Shown: positions 57,691-64,000 of the stretch, in pieces
How the letters are laid out: each line of letters begins with the position of its first letter
Numbering within the stretch: position 1 is the stretch's first letter
From: Acidimicrobiia bacterium
GTDB lineage: Bacteria; Actinomycetota; Acidimicrobiia; IMCC26256; JBBRZM01
Length of the DNA: 64,000 nt
NCBI GenBank assembly: GCA_038236695.1
Contig: JBBRZM010000003.1
Location: 42,476 to 106,475, forward strand
Direction: 5' to 3'
Notes under the pieces: model-generated
Databases searched by the model: none
The model's input: the letters and a program-made list of their open reading frames with translations, nothing else
What the model was told of the DNA's origin: nothing
Translations under genes and position numbers: made by a program

Positions 57691-59058
57691 TCAATAGTCG
57701 AGACGGACGTTGATGCGGCCGGTACCGAGGGGTGCGAGCTGTCGGAACACGTCGGGGCTGAGATCGATGAGGTTGCCGGTCCACGCCTGGGGACCGCGGT
57801 CGGTCACGGTGCACGATGCAGTCGCGCCGTTCGCAGTGTTGGTGATCCTGACCGTGGTGCCCATCGGGAGGACCAAGTGCGCGCACGTGCCGGCGGCGTG
57901 GCTGTACCACGTGGCGGTGCCGGAATGCGCGTCGTCAGGGGGCGGCGCCGTAACGGCGGGCTTCGGCGCGGGAACAGGTTTCGGCGGCGGTGCCGGTGCG
58001 GGAACCGCAGGCGTCGCGTCGGCAGGGGCGATCGCGGGTGGCGGAGTCGATGGCACCGCGGATGCGGGAGCTCCTTCCTGTGGCGATGCGACGGCGGTTG
58101 TGAACAACTGCCGCAGGCTCCCCAGTCGCGCGGGCGTGATCGACGCCTTGCCGCGAGCATGCGTCGTTGCGTCGCTTCCCGTGAGGTTGGCAGTCGCGCC
58201 GAGCTGCGGCGCAGCGAGAGCACCGACGCCGGCCACGGTTGTCGCGACCGCCGCTACGAGCAGACGACGGCGAGCGCGCGCTCGACGGATCGCGATGTGT
58301 TCGCGTCGCGTGGGTCGCGGCGCAGCGCGCAACGGAGCGGGCGAAGGCAACGCGGCCGGCGCGACTTGCGGCACCGGCACGATCTCGGGTTCCGGGGCGA
58401 TGAGAGGTTCTGGCGCGCAGAGCGGCTCCGGCACGCTGAGGGGTTCCGGCGCGATGAGGGGTTCCGGTGCGATGAGGGGTTCCGGTGCGAGCTCGGGGTC
58501 GGCGACGGGCTGTAACTCCCAGAGCTGCTCCAGATCGACAACAGCGACCACATCGGGCGAATCGACGCCGTCGAGCAGCGCATCGGCGGCAATGAGCTCC
58601 ACGGCCGGAGCCTCGAGTGCCGCCTCGCTCTCGGCCGCCGCCACAGCACAGGTCTGGCCCGAGTCGACGAGACGGTCGGGGGCGAGCAGCTCTTCGAGCG
58701 CCAGGAGCGGAAACCATGAGTCGGGATCGTGTGGTCTCGCTCGGGCGGGCGAGGGGTGCACATCGGGCAGTGAACGTCCCGCTGGTGCGGTGCCGACGTC
58801 GTGAGCGGAACGCAAGGTCGTGTGCGTGCGCGCGTTCGGCGCGACGTTGCGCTCCAGCAGCTCGTCGAGCGCGGGCAGCGTCGCAAGACCGTCGAGCGGC
58901 AGCCATGCCGACGCGTGGGGTGACTCGGCGCGCGCGGGCGACGGTCTGACCGACGACAGCGCGTTGCGACGGACCGCGTCGCGACGAACGTAATGGCGCG
59001 CCCGCGCGTCATGTCGCTGATGCGACGCGTGTCGCGCCGCGGTCTTCTGCTCGGACAT
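57691..59058 (-). CDS. Bitopic protein with C-terminal RlpA-like double-psi beta-barrel (DPBB) domain
   Basis: Track ORF 57691-59205; ATG 59058 proposed as start. Long low-complexity cytoplasmic part, TM helix LLVAAVATTVAGVGALAA, Pro-rich linker. C-terminus GTATWYSH...LPMGTTVRITN...VTDRGP...IDLSPDVF is RlpA/DPBB-like. Confidence 0.7.
   Translation of the reverse strand: MSEQKTAARHASHQRHDARARHYVRRDAVRRNALSSVRPSPARAESPHASAWLPLDGLATLPALDELLERNVAPNARTHTTLRSAHDVGTAPAGRSLPDVHPSPARARPHDPDSWFPLLALEELLAPDRLVDSGQTCAVAAAESEAALEAPAVELIAADALLDGVDSPDVVAVVDLEQLWELQPVADPELAPEPLIAPEPLIAPEPLSVPEPLCAPEPLIAPEPEIVPVPQVAPAALPSPAPLRAAPRPTRREHIAIRRARARRRLLVAAVATTVAGVGALAAPQLGATANLTGSDATTHARGKASITPARLGSLRQLFTTAVASPQEGAPASAVPSTPPPAIAPADATPAVPAPAPPPKPVPAPKPAVTAPPPDDAHSGTATWYSHAAGTCAHLVLPMGTTVRITNTANGATASCTVTDRGPQAWTGNLIDLSPDVFRQLAPLGTGRINVRLDY
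58369..58497 (-). repeat. In-frame 18-nt (hexapeptide A-P-E-P-L-I) tandem repeats
   Basis: Protein reads PELAPEPLIAPEPLIAPEPLSVPEPLCAPEPLIAPEPEIVPVP. DNA shows about 6 imperfect copies of gatgaggggttccggtgc. Confidence 0.8.
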
Positions 59059-59231
59059 CGGCTCCGCCCTTTGTCGAGCTCGGACCCGCCCGGACGCGCG
59101 AGCAAACGACAAAGAAACGACGAATCCGAGGGGTGAGCAGAAGCTATCGACGGCGTTCGCGGCGTTGCAAGCCGACTCTCCCACCTGCCCGAACAGGCTC
59201 CCCAACCAGTGGTTAGTCGGTCACACTCCGC

Positions 59232-59999
59232 TCAGGCGGGGAATTCGAACAGTCGCCGCGCATTGGTCGTGGTCGCCTCGGCAACGTCGTCGACCGCACG
59301 ACTTGTCGCGCGCGCGAGCGCCTCGCCGACGAGCGCAACGTACGCGGGCTCGTTGTCCTTGCCGCGGTGCGGCATCGGCGCGAGATACGGCGCGTCGGTT
59401 TCCACGAGCATGCGATCAAGTGGTGTGAGCGCGGCCGCGGCGCGCACGTCGTCCGCGTTCTTGAACGACACGATGCCGCTGAACGAAAGCTGCGCGCCGA
59501 GATCAAGCGCCTGCCGCGCTTCGTCGGGCCCGCCGGTGAAGCAATGGAAGATGGTGCGTGCCGGTACCCCTTCGTCGCGCAAGACGCGAAACGTGTCGTT
59601 CCACGCTTCACGGGTGTGAATCACCAGCGCGCGCTCGAGTCGGTGCGCGAGCCGGATCTGCCGGCGAAAGGCGGTTTCCTGCTCGTCGGGCGGCGAGTGG
59701 TTGTAGTGGAAGTCGAACCCGGTCTCGCCGATGGCGACGACCACGTCGCTGCGGGCGAGCGGCTCGAGCTGATCCCATTCGGCCGCCAGCTTCGAGGCGT
59801 CGTGGGGGTGAAGACCGACGGTCGCGGCGACGTCGGGATGGCGATCGGCCAGCTCACAGGCCTGCCGCGACGTCTCCAAATCGGTACCGACGCAGATGAA
59901 CGCGTCGACCCCCTCCGCCCGCCCCCGTGAGAGCGCCCCCTCGGCCCCACCGGCCACCATCTGCAGATGGCAGTGACTGTCCACCCACCTCACAGCCAA
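59232..59999 (-). CDS. tatD: TatD-family metal-dependent hydrolase
   Basis: 255-aa track ORF. WVDSHCHL N-terminus, HTREA, ETDAPYL motifs. Confidence 0.85.
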   Translation of the reverse strand: MAVRWVDSHCHLQMVAGGAEGALSRGRAEGVDAFICVGTDLETSRQACELADRHPDVAATVGLHPHDASKLAAEWDQLEPLARSDVVVAIGETGFDFHYNHSPPDEQETAFRRQIRLAHRLERALVIHTREAWNDTFRVLRDEGVPARTIFHCFTGGPDEARQALDLGAQLSFSGIVSFKNADDVRAAAALTPLDRMLVETDAPYLAPMPHRGKDNEPAYVALVGEALARATSRAVDDVAEATTTNARRLFEFPA

Positions 60000-60101
60000 C
60001 TCCCGTTTGTGCAGAAGTGGTTCCTATAGGCACCCCTTTTGCACAAACGCTGTGGTGGTCTGCGCTCGGCGTCACGTGGAGTCATGCCGGTTTACTCGGT
60101 G

Positions 60102-61622
60102 TCACGCGGGGTCGATGCGGGGGAAGAGGGGGGCGCCCTTCTCGAGCGGCACGCCCGACGGCATCGCGTCCCACGCCGTCGCGGCCGGCAGCCGTTGGTC
60201 GTCGGGACGACCGTCGAGTCCGAGCCGGCGCCACAGCTCTGTGCTCGCGCGCGGGATGAGCGGTGACGCGAGGAGCGCGACAACACGCAACGCCGCGAGA
60301 CAGTCGCCGATCACCGCGGCTGTCGAGGTCGCGTCACCCGCCTTGTGCAACTTCCACGGTTCCCGATCCTCGATGTATGCGTTGGTCGCGCCAATCAATT
60401 CCCACACCGCGCCGAAGCCGCCGCTGAAGTCGAGTTTCGCGAACCCGTCGCATAGCCCGTCGAACGCGCGCGCGACAGCATCAACCAACGGGCCGTCTTC
60501 GCGCGCGTCGGGTGCGACGCCGCCGCAGTAGTTGACGGCCATGTTGAGCACGCGGCTCGCGAGATTGCCGAAGTTGTTGGCCAGATCGGCGTTGTAGCGC
60601 GCCACCATCGCCTCGTAGCTGAAATCGCCGTCGGGACCGAATCGTTGGTCGGCGAGAAAGTGGTACCGCACGCCGTCGACGCCGAAGTCGGCCACCAGGT
60701 CGGCCGGCGCGATCTGGTTGAGCCGGCTCTTTGACATCTTCTCGCCGCTCACGAGCAGATAGCCGTGCGCGAACACGCACTTCGGAGGGGCCTCCCCCGC
60801 CGCCATGAGCATCGCCGGCCAGTACACGGCGTGCTGGCGGAGGATGTCCTTGCCGACGAGGTGGTAATCGGCGGGCCAGTAGCGCTCGAACCGTTTGGCG
60901 TCATCGCCGTAGCCGACCGCGGTGCAGTAGTTGATCAGTGCGTCGAACCAGACGTAGGCGACGTGCTTGGGGTCCCACGGCAGCGGGATGCCCCATGAGA
61001 TCGAGGTGCGGCTCACCGAAAAATCGTGCAGCCCCTGCTTGATGAGACCGAGCACCTCGCTGCGCTTCCCCGCCGGCTGCACCGCCTCGGGGTGCTCGGT
61101 GTAGTGCGCGAGCAGGCGGTCCTCGTACCGAGACAGCTTGAAGAAGTAGTTCTCCTCGGTGACGCGCTCCACGGGGGTGCCGTGGATGGGGCACATCCCG
61201 TCGACCAGATCGTCCTCGGTGTAATAGAGCTCACACCCGACGCAGTACAGCCCTTCGTACGTGCCGAGCTCGATATCGCCGCCGTCGTAGACCGCCTGCA
61301 GGAATCGTTCGACGGCGCGGTAGTGCCGCGGTTCGGTTGTACGGATGTAGTCGTCATTCGAGATGTCGAGAGTCCGCCAGGCCTCCTGGAATCGCTCACT
61401 GGTGCGGTCGGCCCACTCCTTGGGGCTGACGCCCTGCGCCTCGGCGGCACGCTGGATCTTCAGGCCGTGTTCGTCGGTACCGGTGAGAAACACCACGTCG
61501 TCGCCCCACAAGCGCCGCCAGCGCGCCAGCACGTCGGCCGCCACTGTGGTGTATGCGTGACCGATATGGGGCACGTCGTTGACGTAATAGATCGGTGTCG
61601 TCACGTAGAACGGCTGCGACAT
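60102..61622 (-). CDS. metG: Methionine--tRNA ligase (short form)
   Basis: 506-aa track ORF. HIGHAY (HIGH) and KMSKS motifs. Zn-knuckle region CVGCELYY...CPIHG. Confidence 0.95.
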   Translation of the reverse strand: MSQPFYVTTPIYYVNDVPHIGHAYTTVAADVLARWRRLWGDDVVFLTGTDEHGLKIQRAAEAQGVSPKEWADRTSERFQEAWRTLDISNDDYIRTTEPRHYRAVERFLQAVYDGGDIELGTYEGLYCVGCELYYTEDDLVDGMCPIHGTPVERVTEENYFFKLSRYEDRLLAHYTEHPEAVQPAGKRSEVLGLIKQGLHDFSVSRTSISWGIPLPWDPKHVAYVWFDALINYCTAVGYGDDAKRFERYWPADYHLVGKDILRQHAVYWPAMLMAAGEAPPKCVFAHGYLLVSGEKMSKSRLNQIAPADLVADFGVDGVRYHFLADQRFGPDGDFSYEAMVARYNADLANNFGNLASRVLNMAVNYCGGVAPDAREDGPLVDAVARAFDGLCDGFAKLDFSGGFGAVWELIGATNAYIEDREPWKLHKAGDATSTAAVIGDCLAALRVVALLASPLIPRASTELWRRLGLDGRPDDQRLPAATAWDAMPSGVPLEKGAPLFPRIDPA

Positions 61623-61683
61623 GCGGCCTACGATACCGAGCGCTCACAAATCCCTCGGTCACGATTCCCGGCGGTTGCCCTTC

Positions 61684-61926
61684 ATGGCTCGCAAGATGGA
61701 CCAGCTCGGACGCATCGTGGTGCCGGCAGAGCTGCGTCGGGCGTTCGGTATCCGCGAGGGCGACTACCTCGACATCACCGTCGCCGACGGACGGATCGTG
61801 CTCACGAAAGTCGAAGAGCGCTGCGTGTTCTGCGGCAGCGCGGTCGACTTGCAGGAGTTCTCGGCCAAGCTCGTGTGCCGATCGTGTGTCGCGGCGCTCA
61901 AGGCGAACGATCTGAGCGCCGGCTGA
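61684..61926 (+). CDS. AbrB/MazE/SpoVT-family DNA-binding protein with C-terminal four-Cys segment
   Basis: Internal ATG 61684. MARKMDQLGRIVVPAELRRAFGIREGDYLDI matches the AbrB swapped-hairpin N-terminus. C-terminus CVFCG-x14-CRSC. Confidence 0.75.
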   Translation: MARKMDQLGRIVVPAELRRAFGIREGDYLDITVADGRIVLTKVEERCVFCGSAVDLQEFSAKLVCRSCVAALKANDLSAG

Positions 61927-62755
61927 CGGCCGCCGCGTAGGCGCGCCGCTTCGACACGCCCAGCGCGCTGGCCACGTCGGCGGCGGCGTCGCGTGCGGAG
62001 GATCCGCCGTCCAGTGCCAGTTGCACCGCGTCGCCGACCTCGTCGTCAGTGGGCTCGCTCGTGTCGTCAGGCGCGCCGCCGATGACGAGCACGTACTCCC
62101 CTCGGGCCGGCGCGGTGTCGACGTGCGCGGCGGCGTCGCGTAACGAGCCGCGCCACACTTCCTCGTGCAGCTTGGTCAGTTCGCGCGCGATGGCAACCGG
62201 CCGTTCAGCGCCACATGTGGCTGCGAGATCGGCGACGGTGGTCCCCACTCGGTTCGGCGCCTCGAACACCACGACCGTGCGCGGTTCGGCCGCGATCGTC
62301 GCGAGCCGGACGCGCCGTTCCTTGCCCTTGCGGGGCAGGAAGCCCTCGAAGACGAACCGGTCGGTCGGCAGTCCCGACAGCACAAGCGCGGTCAGCACCG
62401 CGCTCGGACCGGGGACGACCTCGACATCGAGTCCGGCGGCCAGACATGCCTGCACGAGCAGCGCGCCCGGGTCGCTCACGCCGGGCATGCCCGCGTCGGT
62501 GACATACGCGACGCGCGCGCCACCGGACACCTCTTCGACGACGCGACGCGCCGCCGTCTGTTCGTTGTGCGCATGGATCGCGCGCACGCGGTTGCCGCCG
62601 GGCACGCCGGCGTGTGACAGCAGGTTTCGAGTGCGGCGAGTGTCTTCCGCCGCGATCACATCGGCGTCGCGCAACGCCTCGACGGCCCTTGGTGATAAGT
62701 CGCCCAAGTTGCCGATGGGCGTGGCGACGAGCACGAGCGCGCCGCGGCGACTCAC
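61898..62755 (-). CDS. rsmI: 16S rRNA (cytidine1402-2'-O)-methyltransferase RsmI
   Basis: In-frame GTG 62755 (GTGA overlap with the DUF192 stop). LVLVATPIGNLGDLSPRAVEALRDADVIAAEDTR is the RsmI N-terminus. Confidence 0.85.
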   Translation of the reverse strand: MSRRGALVLVATPIGNLGDLSPRAVEALRDADVIAAEDTRRTRNLLSHAGVPGGNRVRAIHAHNEQTAARRVVEEVSGGARVAYVTDAGMPGVSDPGALLVQACLAAGLDVEVVPGPSAVLTALVLSGLPTDRFVFEGFLPRKGKERRVRLATIAAEPRTVVVFEAPNRVGTTVADLAATCGAERPVAIARELTKLHEEVWRGSLRDAAAHVDTAPARGEYVLVIGGAPDDTSEPTDDEVGDAVQLALDGGSSARDAAADVASALGVSKRRAYAAAVSRRSDRSP

Positions 62756-63081
62756 TCTCTCACCTCGATCGCGTCTCCGAGCCGCAGGCCCCACCGTTCG
62801 AAGGCGCCCGACTGGGCTTCGATGGCGAACGCCGCTCTCGGCACGAGCAGCGAGACCCGCCACGGCCGCAGGCAGCACGTCTTCAGCACCACGCCGTCGT
62901 GATCGCAGAACGCCACATCGATCGGGAACCGCATGCCGATCGTGTGCACGTTGCGACACGGACGCAGCACGAGCGCGCCTTCGGTCGCGTCGCGGCCGAG
63001 GAGCCCGCGTCGACGCTCACGTCGCGTGCGCGCGACCTCCGCTGCAGCCAGCACGTCGCCCTCGCGGATCAGCCAGGGCAT
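62752..63081 (-). CDS. DUF192 domain protein
   Basis: Internal ATG 63081. ...RGLLGRD...GALVLRPCRNVHTIGMRFPIDVAF pattern is typical of DUF192. Confidence 0.7.
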   Translation of the reverse strand: MPWLIREGDVLAAAEVARTRRERRRGLLGRDATEGALVLRPCRNVHTIGMRFPIDVAFCDHDGVVLKTCCLRPWRVSLLVPRAAFAIEAQSGAFERWGLRLGDAIEVRE

Positions 63082-63091
63082 CGCCTCGACC

Positions 63092-64000
63092 TCACACGTT
63101 GAACCGGATCTCGAGCACGTCGCCGTCGGCGACCTCGTAGTCCTTACCCTCCACCCTGATCTTTCCCAGCTCCTTGGCCTTTGCCCATGACCCGATGTCG
63201 AGGAGCTCGTCCCAGCGGATGATCTCGGCCCGGATGAAGCCCCGTTCCAAATCGGAGTGGATGACACCCGCACATTCCGGCGCTTTGGCACCGGCGCGGA
63301 ACGTCCAGGCCCGGCTCTCTTTATCGCCCGTGGTGAGGAACGTGCGCCGGCCCAAGCGGTGATACGCGGCGCGGGCGAGCCGCGGCACCACGCTCTCGGT
63401 CACGCCGAGGTCGGCAAGAAGCTCGGCCCGTTCCGCACCAAGGGCGGCGACGACGTCAGGGTCACCTTCGAGCTCGAGGCACACCGCGAGTGCATCGTCG
63501 CCGAACGGCGCGGCGAGCGCGTCACCGTCGTCGAGCTGATCCAAGCCGACGTTGACGACGATCAGGATCGGCTTGTTGGTGAACAAGAAGATCGGGCCGA
63601 GCAATCTGCGGTCGTCGGCGTCGAGATCGCCGCGAAACACCGGCGTGCCGTCGCCGAGGACGGCCTCCGCCCGCTCGAGCGCTGCGATCTCCGGCGCGAG
63701 GCTCTTGTCGCCTTTGGCGGCGCGGCGCTGCTTGTACAGCCGCTGCTCCACCGACGCCAGATCGGCGAGGATCAGCTCCTCCTCGAGGGCGGTCAGGTCG
63801 AGGGCCGGATCATTGCCGTCGGTCGCGCGAAGCACGAAGCAGATCGCGTCGCAGTCACGCAGCGAACCGAGGTGGCGGCTGCCAAGGCCCTTGCCCGGCT
63901 CGGTCGACAGGCCCGGGAGATACGCGACCTCGAACGTGGCCGGCACCACCTTCTTCGACTCCGACATCTGCGCCAATCGATCGAGCCGTTCGTCGGGCAG
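63092..64000 (-). CDS. ychF: Redox-regulated ATPase YchF, C-terminal part (5' end beyond window)
   Basis: Frame open to the window edge. C-terminal TGS-like domain ...AWTFRAGAKAPECAGVIHSDLERGFIRAEII...VEGKDYEVADGDVLEIRFNV. Confidence 0.9.
   Translation of the reverse strand: MPDERLDRLAQMSESKKVVPATFEVAYLPGLSTEPGKGLGSRHLGSLRDCDAICFVLRATDGNDPALDLTALEEELILADLASVEQRLYKQRRAAKGDKSLAPEIAALERAEAVLGDGTPVFRGDLDADDRRLLGPIFLFTNKPILIVVNVGLDQLDDGDALAAPFGDDALAVCLELEGDPDVVAALGAERAELLADLGVTESVVPRLARAAYHRLGRRTFLTTGDKESRAWTFRAGAKAPECAGVIHSDLERGFIRAEIIRWDELLDIGSWAKAKELGKIRVEGKDYEVADGDVLEIRFNV

Overview
High-GC (about 70%) actinobacterium-type chromosomal window, densely coding. I can support about 60 protein genes and 2 tRNAs (Leu-UAA, Gln-UUG). 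I saw no rRNA, CRISPR array, transposase or integrase. The 36-64 kb part is an almost unbroken minus-strand housekeeping block: ppx, DUF501, ftsB-like, eno, mazG fusion, PPIase, mfd, pth, rplY/ctc, prs, glmU, tRNA-Gln, bS22, ispE, rsmA, RlpA-like, tatD, metG, abrB-like, rsmI, DUF192, ychF. From memory it is colinear with M. tuberculosis Rv1003-Rv1026. The 0-36 kb part mixes accessory metabolism and envelope genes: an SGNH hydrolase, acyl-CoA dehydrogenase, a PAP2/kinase-like/flippase-like fusion, tandem RipA/RipB-like NlpC/P60 genes, selD, an esterase-thioredoxin fusion, F420/mycothiol-type enzymes, a CBS-citrate synthase fusion, a copper module (P1B-ATPase, csoR, YHS-tailed permease), MATE and MFS transporters, and an acyltransferase-epimerase pair. 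Top observation: two track ORFs at 41.3-42.4 kb are best read as one thioredoxin-fold redoxin gene. It is interrupted by an in-frame TGA exactly at the active-site Cys position (WASW-U-GC), followed by a SECIS-like hairpin, and selD lies in the same window. This is a candidate selenoprotein that stop-to-stop ORF calling splits. Smaller observations: unusual domain fusions, a variant Cu-ATPase (CPD motif, Cys-less HMA domain), a probable leaderless csoR promoter/operator, a 34-bp tandem duplication in the 3' end of the MFS gene, a tRNA-Leu half-remnant, a glycoside-hydrolase-like coding relic, and a 33-codon bS22 gene missing from the track. Many of the longest track ORFs are GC-driven antisense artefacts. 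All product calls rest on motif recognition by eye; no searches were run.
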